The position numbers and the translations under genes were made by a program. The notes beneath the pieces were generated by a model that made no database searches, was not told the DNA's origin, and saw nothing but the letters and a program-made list of their open reading frames with translations. From Gemmatimonadales bacterium (GTDB lineage Bacteria > Gemmatimonadota > Gemmatimonadetes > Gemmatimonadales > GWC2-71-9): DNA of 64,000 nucleotides. The number at the start of each line of letters is the position of its first letter. Position 1 is the first letter of the stretch. The stretch covers positions 512,001-576,000 of the forward strand of contig OZ252244.1 in the NCBI GenBank assembly GCA_965249575.1, given 5' to 3'. Shown here piece after piece: positions 8,019 through 17,894 of the stretch.

Positions 8019-9980
8019 CTACTCCGGACTCGACGTGCCCCCCGCAGCCAGGTCCGCCGTCGTCGTCGCGTCGTCCTTCAGGAACTTGTCGAAGAACGCC
8101 AGCATGTCCTTGAGAACCTGTTGCACGTTGTCCTTCCGGTACACGTAGTACGTCTCGTGCGGGTACGTGTTGTACTGAACGACCTTGTTGAACCTGCTCA
8201 TTTCCTCGGCAAACTTGAGCGCCGGGTAGTGCTTGTCGAAGCGGTTCAGCCCGTATCCGTGAATGAACATGGTCGGGGCGGTGGCATCTCTGGCCTTCAA
8301 GATCGACGAGCTGCGGCGGTAGATGGAGTCGACCTCCGGCGTCGAGGGCCACTTGCCGAGCTCGTAGCTCAGCAGCTTCGAGTGCGACTGTACCAGCACT
8401 TTCGTGTGGAACTCCCGCACGTCTCCGTAGCCCGAGCCGGAGATTGCCGCCTGGAACACGCCCGGTGCGAACGCCACGGCATACATGGTCATCATGCCCC
8501 CATAGCTGATGCCCGTGATGCCGATTTTCTCGGGATTGATGTACGGTTGCTTCTTCCCCCACGCGACCCCGGCGATCGCGTCCCGCAGGTCTCCGTGCCC
8601 CCAATCCCGGTTGTTCGCATCCTCGAACGCTTTGCCGTAGCCCGAGCTGCCCCGCACGTTCGGCGCCAGCACGGCGTACCCCCGGCTCGTGAAGAACTGC
8701 GGATAGATCTGATAGGTGTCCCGAAATTGTGATGTGGGGCCGCCGTGCACGTTCATGATCAGCGGCACGCGCTCGCCGGCCCGTAGGTTCTTCGGCTTGT
8801 ACAGGTACGCGTTGATCGTGTAGCCCTCGTTCTCCCAGCTCACCTTTTCGGGCGTGATCAGCTCAGACGCGAGGTTGCCCCCGGGATCCGAGAACGTGAG
8901 CTGGGTCGTCTCGCCTCCACCCGCGGCGACGACGTACAGATCCTCGGCTCTCGTGGGCGTTCCCAAGGTGAAGGAAATCCGGCGACCGTCCGGCGACCAC
9001 TCCGCCCGAGATACACCACCCATGCTCGGCGCGACGAGCGTCTTCGCTTGGCTACCGCTCGCGGCAACGACCTTCAGGCTCTGGGTGCCGTTGGTGATCG
9101 AGAGGAACAGGATGCTCCTGCCCTCCGGCGACCACCGCGCCTCGCTCTGGTCCGCATCCTCCGCTGCGATCTGGCGCGGCTCGCCGCCGGCCAGAGAAGC
9201 GATCCAGAAGTTCGCCCACCCGCTGCGCTGGGACCGGAAGAGAATGCTCCCACCGTCGGGGGACACGCGGGCGAACCCGAACTTGGCGCCGTTGCCGTAG
9301 TCAAAATAGTCCTTGTCGGACAGGACCAGACGGGCCACCCCGCCGTCCGCCGGGAGCTCGAACACATCGTGATCCACCCAGTCGTCGTCCATCCGGGTGT
9401 AGATGATCTTGCTCCCGTCCGGCGTCCATGATGGGAACACATCTTCCCGCATGTCCGTCGTGAGGCGCTTGGCATGTCCATCCGCGACTGACACGGTCCA
9501 GATGTCGGTGCTGCCATACCGGTTACCGGCGAACGCGATGGTACGCCCGTCGGGAGAGAAGCTATAGGCTCGAATGCGCGCCCCGAGGTTCGTCAGGCGC
9601 CGCACGGAGCCGTCGGCAACGTCCAAAAGGTGGATCTCGGCGCTACCGTCAGCGCCCCTGACGAACCCGAGGTGCCTACCGTCCGGCGACCACTGAAGCT
9701 GCAACGTCGCGCGCGAAAAGACCCCGCCAGCCACCCCCTGCGCCAGGCGGGTGGGGAACCCCCCGTCCGGGTTGATCGTCCACAATCCCCCGTCGAGCCC
9801 GCCGAGGAACACGATCTTCGATCCATCGGGCGACCAGAGCGGGGCATCCCGACCACCAACCAGCGAGTTGACCGACTGCAGCTGGTCGATCGACAGCATT
9901 CCGCGTTCCTGTGCGGCAATCGGGCTGACGACGAGGGTCATCAGCAACGCACCCAACGCGGTGCGAGTTACTCGTGACAT
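8019..9980 (-). CDS. S9-family peptidase-like protein with TolB/PD40 propeller, secreted
   Basis: Signal peptide, many WSPDG repeats, VHGGP, NVRGSSGYG, GISYGG. Confidence 0.9.
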   Translation of the reverse strand: MSRVTRTALGALLMTLVVSPIAAQERGMLSIDQLQSVNSLVGGRDAPLWSPDGSKIVFLGGLDGGLWTINPDGGFPTRLAQGVAGGVFSRATLQLQWSPDGRHLGFVRGADGSAEIHLLDVADGSVRRLTNLGARIRAYSFSPDGRTIAFAGNRYGSTDIWTVSVADGHAKRLTTDMREDVFPSWTPDGSKIIYTRMDDDWVDHDVFELPADGGVARLVLSDKDYFDYGNGAKFGFARVSPDGGSILFRSQRSGWANFWIASLAGGEPRQIAAEDADQSEARWSPEGRSILFLSITNGTQSLKVVAASGSQAKTLVAPSMGGVSRAEWSPDGRRISFTLGTPTRAEDLYVVAAGGGETTQLTFSDPGGNLASELITPEKVSWENEGYTINAYLYKPKNLRAGERVPLIMNVHGGPTSQFRDTYQIYPQFFTSRGYAVLAPNVRGSSGYGKAFEDANNRDWGHGDLRDAIAGVAWGKKQPYINPEKIGITGISYGGMMTMYAVAFAPGVFQAAISGSGYGDVREFHTKVLVQSHSKLLSYELGKWPSTPEVDSIYRRSSSILKARDATAPTMFIHGYGLNRFDKHYPALKFAEEMSRFNKVVQYNTYPHETYYVYRKDNVQQVLKDMLAFFDKFLKDDATTTADLAAGGTSSPE

Positions 9981-10063
9981 AGTGGAACCATCCTCCCATA
10001 GGGGTTGCTAATGCCGTGACGTCCTGCACCGTTGCAAAAGGACTGCGTCTGGAAGCCTCTTCC

Positions 10064-10582
10064 CTACAGAGCGCCGACTATCGAAAGGGCAACCGTTAGA
10101 ATGAGGAGCTGAACCCCCCAACCGATCACGCAAACACCGATCGCGCGCCACGTGCTCGTGTAGTCAAGGGCCTGTCGGACGGCGATCACCATCGCTACGA
10201 GCATCCATATGCCCGCGGCAAGAAAGAGCAGGGCGCGGAGGCCCGGGATGATCCCTAAGACCCGAATCAATCCCGGCGCGCTGGAAAAGCCGATCGTGCG
10301 CAGCAATTCCCTATGATCCGCCCTGGTCTGTGGCTCTGGCAGGAATTTTGTTCCTATGAAATAGGTGAGAAAGGCCCAGACGTACCATCCGATCAGAGCC
10401 CCAAACATACCGATGACGATTCCGAGCAGGCCCACATTCGCGCTCCCTATCCCAGCAGCTACTGCGGACAGGATGACCACACTCATGGCTTGAGCCATCG
10501 CACCTTGATCGGCCTCCACCTCCTCATACAGCTGAACGTCCAGTTTAGCGGCGCGAAGCATACGCTCCTGGAGACTAGCCAC
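10064..10582 (-). CDS. YIP1-family membrane protein
   Basis: RMLRAAKLDVQLYEEVEAD...LLRTIGFSSAPG...AVRQALDY; several TM segments; GTG at 10582. Confidence 0.75.
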   Translation of the reverse strand: MASLQERMLRAAKLDVQLYEEVEADQGAMAQAMSVVILSAVAAGIGSANVGLLGIVIGMFGALIGWYVWAFLTYFIGTKFLPEPQTRADHRELLRTIGFSSAPGLIRVLGIIPGLRALLFLAAGIWMLVAMVIAVRQALDYTSTWRAIGVCVIGWGVQLLILTVALSIVGAL

Positions 10583-10730
10583 GCTTTTCTCCGATCGGAT
10601 CACTGTGTGGAGGGTCAGTCGGTCGGTACACATTCCTCTACCTGCGTCGGCGACCAAACGGGGGGAATGTTAATCCCAAAGATGGATCCATGAAGGAGTG
10701 CCCGCTAGAGGCGCAGGTGTGTAGGCAACA

Positions 10731-10832
10731 CTCGGCCGGGAGACCGTGGCCATACCGCCCGCGCCGAGACTCGCGCTCGATGCGGTAACGGTCGGCGAGG
10801 GCGGTGGTGAGGCGTGCCAGGAGATCAGTCAC
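10731..10832 (-). pseudogene. 5' stub of Ser/Thr kinase gene
   Basis: MTDLLARLTTALADRYRIERE[+1 nt]LGAGGMATV, then homology ends. Confidence 0.88.
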
Positions 10833-10869
10833 GCCCTTTACCATGCGGCGCCGTGTGCTGCAACCAACC

Positions 10870-12012
10870 TCACCGGCGCGGCTCCCCACCCAGCCGTTCC
10901 AGCGCGCCGCGCGCCTCCTCCACCAGCGGCTGGAGCTCGGGCTCGGCGTGGCGCCAAGCGTCGAGAACGTACGAGTAGGCGTTGATCGCCTCGTCTCGGT
11001 TGTCGAGGGTCTCGCTCACCCGCCCACGCTCGAGTGCCCAGATCGTCCTGAGTGGGAAGGTGGCATTGTCAATGGGAGACGCCAGACGGACTGCGGCTTC
11101 CCGATCCCTGCCTCGGGCCCGATTTGAACCGGGCGCTCGACACGCCCGGAACCGGCACCGTCCCTCCACTGGGCGTCGTCAGGGCCTCGAGCTGGGTCAG
11201 CAACTCGTCCGCCGACTGCCACCGGTCGGCGGGTTTCTTCTCGAGGCACTTCATGACCAACCGGGCGAGCGGGGGGGGCACGGTCGCCCGGAATTTTGTG
11301 ATTGGTTCGGGCGCCTCTGTCACGTGCGCCGACAGCACCATCTGCGGCGTGGTGCCGGTGAAGGGCGGGCGTCCCGCCAAGAGCTCGTAGGCAAGAACAC
11401 CCACCGCATAGATGTCCGCCCGGTGGTCGATGTGCGGATCGGCAACCGCCTGCTCGGGGGCCATGTAGGCGGGTGTCCCCAGAGCCACGCCTGCGGTCGT
11501 GAGCTCCTGCCGTCCGGTGGCCTCGCTGACGGCCTTGGCGACACCAAAGTCGGTCACCAGCGCGTGGCGACCCGAAAGCATCACGTTGTCGGGCTTGATG
11601 TCTCGGTGGACGACGCCTTCTTCGTGAGCGTGGGCCAGGGCATCCACGACGTCCCGCAGCAGCCGCACCGCGTCGGCGACGGGTAGCTCGCCCTCCTTGG
11701 CCAGCTTCTCTCGCAGGGACTGGCCCTTCTCATACGGCATCACGTAGTACAGGAAGCCGTCGGCCTCGCCCGAATCGTAGAGCGGCAAGATATGAGGGTG
11801 GTGAAGCTGGGCTGCGATCTCGATCTCGCGAAGGAAACGATCAGCACCTAGCGCGGCGGCCAGGTCTGGCCCAGCACTTTGACCGCCACCTGGCGATGAT
11901 GCTTCAGGTCCTCGGCGAGATAGACGGTGGCCATCCCGCCTGCGCCGAGTTCGCGCTCGATCGCGTACCGGTCAGCGAGAGCGGTTTTTAGACGGTCGAA
12001 GGTGTTGGCCAT
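10870..12012 (-). pseudogene. Ser/Thr kinase, frameshifted near 11871, with most of the sensor region deleted
   Basis: ATG 12012 [16 protein letters not shown]...VAVKVL, 1-nt loss, then HRDIKPDN/DFG/APE; at ~11130 it jumps out of frame to a TPR-like tail AWRHAEPELQPLVEEARGALERL similar to the end of 55839..58697. Confidence 0.85.
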
Positions 12013-12070
12013 GTGGGCCTAAGATGCGGTGCGATGCGCTTGTTGGGGAGTCCCGGGCTGGAGTGCCAGC

Positions 12071-12112
12071 GAATGCAGAATGCAGATTGCAAATTGCAGA
12101 TCTCAGATTGCC
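12071..12112. repeat. Heptamer tandem repeat (GAATGCA-like x6)
   Basis: gaatgca gaatgca gattgca aattgca gatctca gattgcc. Confidence 0.8.
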
Positions 12113-12378
12113 CTTTCACCCCCCGGCGTAGTAGTGCGTGCCCAATCTGAAAATTTCTTTCCGTCTTGTTGGGCAGTCCCGGGCTGACGAGCCCGGGCTC
12201 GGCCCTGGTGCGTCCTGTAAGGACGCGGTTCTTGGCCGAGCGCGCCCTTCAGGGCGGGACTGCCACGCACGCCGGGGATTGGATTTCAGGCGGCTAGACG
12301 AATCAGCGGGTACACCGGGGCACCGTCCCTGAACCGAGAGCGGCGCTGAGGCGCTCGAGTGGGCCGTCCGGAGATGCG

Positions 12379-14127
12379 CTACGGATCGAGCCCGACACGC
12401 CGCATCAACGAGAGGTACCTAGGATCCGACCGAAGCGGATCGTAGAGGGGGTGCCGCATATCGTACAGGAAGGATTCGGAACGCTGTTCATAAGCGGCCT
12501 CGAAACGCGCGAAGACAGAATCGATGGCCCCCGCAATCATGTAGGTGAGCGCGCCGACCGACGCCTCGGCGAAAGGCGAGCCGGGTGCTTCCCGCTCCAA
12601 CCTGCCCATGACGGCTACCAGCTCACGCGCGGTCGACGGATCGCGCCACGCGTTGACGAACTCCGCGGCGAAGGGCAAACCACCCGCCTCAAAGGCCTGC
12701 AGCGCCTCGTCGAATTCTCCCTGCAACCCCAGGACGGTGGCTACGCCGAAGTGGCCAAACACAAAGGTCGGCACGAGCTCGATGCTCTCCCGCTCCCGCG
12801 CCAGGGCGTCCTCCAGTCGTCCCGCATAGAGCAGCGCACCACCCAGAACATGACGCGCCACGGGCGACGCCGGGTCCAACGCCACCGCCCGCTCGCCGTG
12901 CGTGATGGCCTCCTCGATCCGTCCGGTGATCTGGAGCATCTCGGTGTACCAATAATGGGCCACCGGATACTCGGGATCCAAGGCGATGGCGCGTTGGAAT
13001 TCCCGGTCCGCGGCATCCCACTGCCAGGCGCCGTATCCGAGAATGTTGCCGAGGGACGCATGGGCCGCGGCGAGGGTGCTGTCGAGCCCGATAGCGCGCC
13101 GGGCCGCCGCCTCGGCGCGCTCATACGCCTCTCTCCGCGAAACGTCCGGAACCGCGTAGTAGCCAAAGAGAGAATAGGAGTCAGCCAAGCCCGTGTACGC
13201 TTCCGCGAACCCCGAATCCCGATCGACGGCTTCGTGAAAATATGCGGCGGCGCGCTGGAGATCCTCCGTGGTCCGTTTGTTCCAGTGAAACCGCCCCAGG
13301 AGATACGCATCGTGCGCGGCGCCATCCGCGGTGGTCACGTCCCGCACCGCTGCGCTCTCCGATCCCAACAAGGTCACGTCCAGGGCTGCCGCCACCTGCT
13401 CGGCGATTTCGGCCTGCACGGCAAAGACCTCGCCTGGCGCAAGGCTCGCCGTATACCGATCCGTCCACAGATGCGTATCGTCCGAAACGCGGACGAGCTG
13501 GGGCGTCACGCGGACCTGACCGATATCGTTGGCACGGTCGGTGCGCACCGTCCCTTCGAGCACGTACCCCACGCCCAGTTCGCGGGCGATGTCCTGCAAG
13601 CTCTTGTCGACCCCCTTGTACCGGATCGCGCTGGTGCGCGACACCACGCCGAGCCCCGAGATCTGGGCGAGGCGCGACGTCATCTCTTCGGTGATGCCGC
13701 CAGCGAAGTACTCGTCGTCGGGCGCGCCCAGATTCTCGAACGGCAACACGGCGAGCATCGGACGGTCGCCCGTTGCGGAGCCGCCAAAGATGTTGAAGCC
13801 CGCCGCGAGGACACCCAGTCGCTGCCGTAGCGATTGCCCCTGCTCGTACGGCATCACGTAGTACAGGAAGCCGTCAGCCTCGCCGGAGTCGTGCAGGGGG
13901 AGGATGTGGGGGTGATGCAGCTGGGCGGCGATCTTGATCTCGCGGAGAAACCGCTCGGGACCAAGCGCTGCCGCGAGTTCCGGCCGCAATACCTTCACCG
14001 CGACGTGGCGATCGTGCCTCACGTCTAGGGCCAGATAGACGGTGGCCATCCCGCCCGCGCCGAGCTCCCGCTCGATAGCGTACCGGTCGGCTAATGCTGT
14101 CTTGAGACGGTCGAGGAGGTCCGACAC
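12379..14127 (-). CDS. Kinase N-lobe fused in frame to TolB-N/TPR region (catalytic C-lobe missing)
   Basis: Gly loop and VAVK present, then QSLRQRL|GVLAAGF...AVLPFENL; no HRD/DFG/APE; TPR tail ends LRSDPRY. Confidence 0.85.
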   Translation of the reverse strand: MSDLLDRLKTALADRYAIERELGAGGMATVYLALDVRHDRHVAVKVLRPELAAALGPERFLREIKIAAQLHHPHILPLHDSGEADGFLYYVMPYEQGQSLRQRLGVLAAGFNIFGGSATGDRPMLAVLPFENLGAPDDEYFAGGITEEMTSRLAQISGLGVVSRTSAIRYKGVDKSLQDIARELGVGYVLEGTVRTDRANDIGQVRVTPQLVRVSDDTHLWTDRYTASLAPGEVFAVQAEIAEQVAAALDVTLLGSESAAVRDVTTADGAAHDAYLLGRFHWNKRTTEDLQRAAAYFHEAVDRDSGFAEAYTGLADSYSLFGYYAVPDVSRREAYERAEAAARRAIGLDSTLAAAHASLGNILGYGAWQWDAADREFQRAIALDPEYPVAHYWYTEMLQITGRIEEAITHGERAVALDPASPVARHVLGGALLYAGRLEDALARERESIELVPTFVFGHFGVATVLGLQGEFDEALQAFEAGGLPFAAEFVNAWRDPSTARELVAVMGRLEREAPGSPFAEASVGALTYMIAGAIDSVFARFEAAYEQRSESFLYDMRHPLYDPLRSDPRYLSLMRRVGLDP

Positions 14128-14188
14128 CGCACCACGCTTGTCGGTGACCTGACTAGGATACGGCACAGCGCCTCAGGCGGCCAGGGTG
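14084..14188 (-). repeat. 105-bp kinase leader/5' repeat, copy 1 (putative promoter TGGCCG-17-TATCCT)
   Basis: Aligns without gaps to 20665-20769 and 26501-26605. Confidence 0.85.
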
Positions 14189-14210
14189 AGAAGCCCTGCC
14201 GGCAACGTTG

Positions 14211-14241
14211 GGGGTGTCCAAGGTTTGGTACAAGGTTGGGA
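14211..14241. repeat. 31-bp exact direct repeat, copy 2
   Basis: Identical to 7761-7791. Confidence 0.95.
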
Positions 14242-14282
14242 TGCGGAAGCCGCTTCGCTGAGTGCGCTGACCCAGAGAAGAC

Positions 14283-14678
14283 CTACGGTGCCCCGGGCGG
14301 TACCATGCGCATCCGTCCCTGCCCCCCGACAGGGTCCTTACACCCACCCAAATAGCTCCCGTCGGACTGAAGCATCAGAACGCATGTCTTGACGAGACCG
14401 AAGTTCGTCCAAGTGTAGGACAGTGTGTCCCCCGCGATCCGAATCCCCTCCAGCGGGATGGGGTCGTCCTCGGGCACCTCCCTCATCACGACGTACAACG
14501 AGTCCCCTCGATAGCTGACGTCGTATGTGTTCGGCTTCCTGGGACCGATCGGCGCTTCTATCCAACCTGACCACTCGCCCGAGGTCAACCGCTGCGCATG
14601 CAGCACACTGGAGGCAACCGCCGATCCAGCGAAGAGGATGGAGGCAACAATCTGAGCGCGCATCAGGTTCTCAACCAT
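14283..14678 (-). CDS. Small secreted hypothetical protein
   Basis: Signal-like N-terminus, GEWSGWI, two Cys; RBS-like GAGGGAG. Confidence 0.65.
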   Translation of the reverse strand: MVENLMRAQIVASILFAGSAVASSVLHAQRLTSGEWSGWIEAPIGPRKPNTYDVSYRGDSLYVVMREVPEDDPIPLEGIRIAGDTLSYTWTNFGLVKTCVLMLQSDGSYLGGCKDPVGGQGRMRMVPPGAP

Positions 14679-14714
14679 ACTCTCCCTCACAAAGCAGCCA
14701 TCCACCACTCGGCG

Positions 14715-17378
14715 TTACCGTTCGCCTCCCTGAGCTCCCGTCAGCCGCCGCACCTCCTCGAACCAGTTGAGAGCGACGACGATGGGCCTATCTCCGGTTG
14801 CCGCCTTTTTGAGCAACAGAAAGCGACCGCTGCGAGGGTCGATGTCATACTGAACCTCAGCCCGGTTCGCGACCTTGTAGTAGTCATCCTCGAACAGCAC
14901 CTCTCGCTTCCGGACGCTGAAGCTCGGACCCGTCTCTACAGCGGCGGCCATCATCTCGTACGCCGTCCGATAGAACAGTTCCCGCCCGCCGAGCGACCAC
15001 GCCGGGTCAGTACCACCCTCGACTGATACCTGTGTCTGGCCCGCCGGGTCCGGAAAGCCGCGCACGTAGACTTCATCCCGTCCGGATTGGTCGGACACGT
15101 ACGCAATCCATCGCCCGTCCGGCGAGATTGCGAACAGTCGCTCGTTGAACGCGGTTTGCGCGATTGGACGCGGCGTTCGCTCCCCCTCAAGGAGCAGGGC
15201 CAGGATGTCGGCGTTCCGGCCTTCGACGTTTCCTTCACGAAGGGCCAGCCATTTCCCGTCGGGGGACCATTCGGTCTGCCAGAGGTCGTGCTCCCGCTGA
15301 AGCATCAATCGGGGTGGACCGCTCCCGTCCGCCGGCAGCGAGAACAGACTCTGCAGTGCACCAGTCCGGCTGGAGGAGAACGTGATACGCATTCCGTCGG
15401 GGGTCCATGTGGGCATTCGGCTGCCGGTTCCCTCGAGGGTGCGCAGCGACAGCGTGCGCTGGTCCATGTCATACACCCAGATGTCTCCCTGAATCCCCAC
15501 GGCCAGTCGATCTCCGCTGGGGGAGAACTCCGGGTCTAGAAACGATCGCCTCCCGGCCTCGACAGTCGCTTCAGCGCCGTGGCGATCGACCAGCACCAGC
15601 GTCGTGCCCGTCGCCGCGCCTCCAGCCATGTACGCCAGCGAGCCGTTTCGGGATAGCGCAAGTTCCATGGGCCCCCCAGCACCGTTGCTGACGCTCTCCA
15701 AGAGTGGAATGGCTTGGCCGGTCACGGCGAGGTTGCTGAGATCGAACGGCACGGCCACAACCGAGCCGTCCGACCGAACATAGAGGAGGTGTCCGGTGTC
15801 GATATAGTGTGGATTCGTCCCCACCTCCGGGAGGTGGGCCACTCGTCCCGACGTTAGCGAGACGACCGCAAGATGTGCGTCCGTGAGGCTTCCGGACCAA
15901 GCAGTGAAGACCACGGCGTTACCGCCTGGTAGGATCTCCGGCCACCTGTGACGAGTTTCTCCTTGGGCGGTGTCCGGCACCGTGATCGCTTGAGGTATTC
16001 CCCCAGCAGCCGAAACCCGCATGAGACCCCCTCGGCTCCCGGCACTCCGAGCGAACACAATGACGTCGTCCGGTCCCCAGCTTGCACCGTTGCCGGACCA
16101 CTCCGAAATAACCAACGACGGTCCGCCAGCGGAGGCCACTTTTCTCAGTTGTCCGTTGGCCCCAAATCCCAGCCATTGCCCATCTGGCGAGAAGAACGGT
16201 TGGGAGGCACCCTCGGTGCCGGGAATCGGTCGGGCTTCGAGTTCGTCGATGCCGCGAACGTACAATTGTGGACCATTCTCACCTTGGGCGAGGTACACGA
16301 GACGCGAGCCATCGGGAGCGAGGGCGATGTCCACCCCATTCGGGTTCAGGAATTCCCGGCCCGCAGGCGGTATCACGGCGAAGCGTGCCGGCCCGGGCGA
16401 GGTCACGGGAGCCGGGCGTAGCCAGCCCCAGAGGGCAACGGTTGCCAGCACCGCGGCGAGCCCCAAGGCTGCAACGGAAACCCGCTTCCACGGACCCGAC
16501 GGCATAGCCACTCCTGCCACTGCCTGCGTCGTCGGCAGCGTGAACGCCGGATTCGCCAGTGCCTCGGCAAACTGCGTGGTACGCTGGAACCGATCGGCCG
16601 GGAGCTTCTCCAGCGCCTTCGCGGTCGCGGCCGCCACGTTGGGCGGCACCGACTTCCGCAACTCCGTCACCGGCCGCGCCTCGTCCGTCACGATCTTCAT
16701 GATGATCGCCTGCGCCGACGCCCCCGTGTGCGGCGGCTCGCCGGTCAGCATCTCGTACAGCACGCAGCCCAACGAGTAGACGTCCGAGCGGTGGGTGAGG
16801 TCTTTCTCGGCGGTCGCCTGTTCGGGAGACATGTAGTGCGGCGTGCCGAGGGAGAGTCCGGTCTCGGTCATGCGCCCGCCGGCGGCCGCGCTCACCGCCA
16901 AGGCAATCCCGAAGTCGGCCACCATGGGACGCTCATCGTGGAGCAAGATGTTCTCGGGTTTGATGTCGCGATGGATCACGTTGTGGCGGTGCGCGTAGTC
17001 CAGGGCATCTGCGACTTCGGTCGTGATCTTCACCGCCTCCTCGATGCCCAGCTGGGTCTCGCGATTCAGCTTGTCCCGCAGCGATTCGCCCTCAATGAAG
17101 GGCATGACGTAATAAAGGAAGGAGTCGGCCTGGCCGGAATCAAACAGCGCGAGGATGTGGGGATGCTGCAGGTTGGCGGTGACCTTGATCTCCTGCAGGA
17201 AGCGGTCGGCACCGAGGACGGCGGCGAGTTCGGGACGCAGCACTTTGACCGCCACCTTGCGATGGTGCTTGAGGTCCTCGGCGAGGTAGACCGTGGCCAT
17301 CCCACCCGCACCGAGCTCACGCTCGATGCGGTAGCGGTCAGCGAGGGCGGCGGTGAGGCGGGTGAGTTGGTCCGTCAC
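14715..17378 (-). CDS. Ser/Thr protein kinase with TM and TolB-like beta-propeller (intact)
   Basis: GAGGMA, VAVK, HRDIKPEN, DFG, GTPHYMSPE, TM, SPDG repeats, NWFEE tail. Confidence 0.95.
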   Translation of the reverse strand: MTDQLTRLTAALADRYRIERELGAGGMATVYLAEDLKHHRKVAVKVLRPELAAVLGADRFLQEIKVTANLQHPHILALFDSGQADSFLYYVMPFIEGESLRDKLNRETQLGIEEAVKITTEVADALDYAHRHNVIHRDIKPENILLHDERPMVADFGIALAVSAAAGGRMTETGLSLGTPHYMSPEQATAEKDLTHRSDVYSLGCVLYEMLTGEPPHTGASAQAIIMKIVTDEARPVTELRKSVPPNVAAATAKALEKLPADRFQRTTQFAEALANPAFTLPTTQAVAGVAMPSGPWKRVSVAALGLAAVLATVALWGWLRPAPVTSPGPARFAVIPPAGREFLNPNGVDIALAPDGSRLVYLAQGENGPQLYVRGIDELEARPIPGTEGASQPFFSPDGQWLGFGANGQLRKVASAGGPSLVISEWSGNGASWGPDDVIVFARSAGSRGGLMRVSAAGGIPQAITVPDTAQGETRHRWPEILPGGNAVVFTAWSGSLTDAHLAVVSLTSGRVAHLPEVGTNPHYIDTGHLLYVRSDGSVVAVPFDLSNLAVTGQAIPLLESVSNGAGGPMELALSRNGSLAYMAGGAATGTTLVLVDRHGAEATVEAGRRSFLDPEFSPSGDRLAVGIQGDIWVYDMDQRTLSLRTLEGTGSRMPTWTPDGMRITFSSSRTGALQSLFSLPADGSGPPRLMLQREHDLWQTEWSPDGKWLALREGNVEGRNADILALLLEGERTPRPIAQTAFNERLFAISPDGRWIAYVSDQSGRDEVYVRGFPDPAGQTQVSVEGGTDPAWSLGGRELFYRTAYEMMAAAVETGPSFSVRKREVLFEDDYYKVANRAEVQYDIDPRSGRFLLLKKAATGDRPIVVALNWFEEVRRLTGAQGGER

Positions 17379-17495
17379 GGGGTTCCTGGTTCCCCCATCC
17401 TCCGCCGCACTTCCTCGAACCAGTTCACGACGTACGTCAACTGCCTGCGCCCACCAGCGTCCTGTCTTCTCGTTCTCATCAGCAAGCCCCCGCCC
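17375..17495 (-). pseudogene. 3' stub of kinase-TolB gene
   Basis: LLMRTRRQDAGGRRQLTYVVNWFEEVRRRMGEPGTP*; its TGA overlaps the GTG of 14715..17378. Confidence 0.85.
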
Positions 17496-17798
17496 TCAGG
17501 TGCTCGGGGGAACAAACTGCTTGGCGAGAACGAGGCTGCTATTATCGCACGAATCAAGGCGAATCTTCTTGACCGCTTCGTAGGCGGGATCGGTGTACCA
17601 ACCTAGAGCAGCCTCTGCTGACTTGAACCTCAACACCACGTAAACGCTGCGCTTCTCGCCTTCAAGGGGTTGGGCATCGTACTCGGCGGCAAGGATCTCC
17701 GCTCCGTGCTTCTGCAATAGCGGTACCACCCCAGGCACGTAGCCTTCATACACCTTGGGGTCAACGATGTCATAACTGGCGATGATGTAGGCGGTCAT
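17496..17798 (-). CDS. DUF1330-family protein
   Basis: MTAYIIASYDIVDP..Y..YV...LEG...VVLRFKSAEAALGWY.DPAY; RBS AAGGAG. Confidence 0.85.
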   Translation of the reverse strand: MTAYIIASYDIVDPKVYEGYVPGVVPLLQKHGAEILAAEYDAQPLEGEKRSVYVVLRFKSAEAALGWYTDPAYEAVKKIRLDSCDNSSLVLAKQFVPPST

Positions 17799-17894
17799 AG
17801 CATGCTCCTTTTGTCGAACACATTGATTCCATGAGGCCAGAGCGTCCACCCGACGCAGGCTGGCAGAACGTTCTCGAGGGGCGGCCAGTTAGAG

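Noticed and set aside
7761..14241. 31-bp repeat as a CRISPR repeat
   Set aside because: Only two copies 6.4 kb apart, no spacer array and no cas genes.
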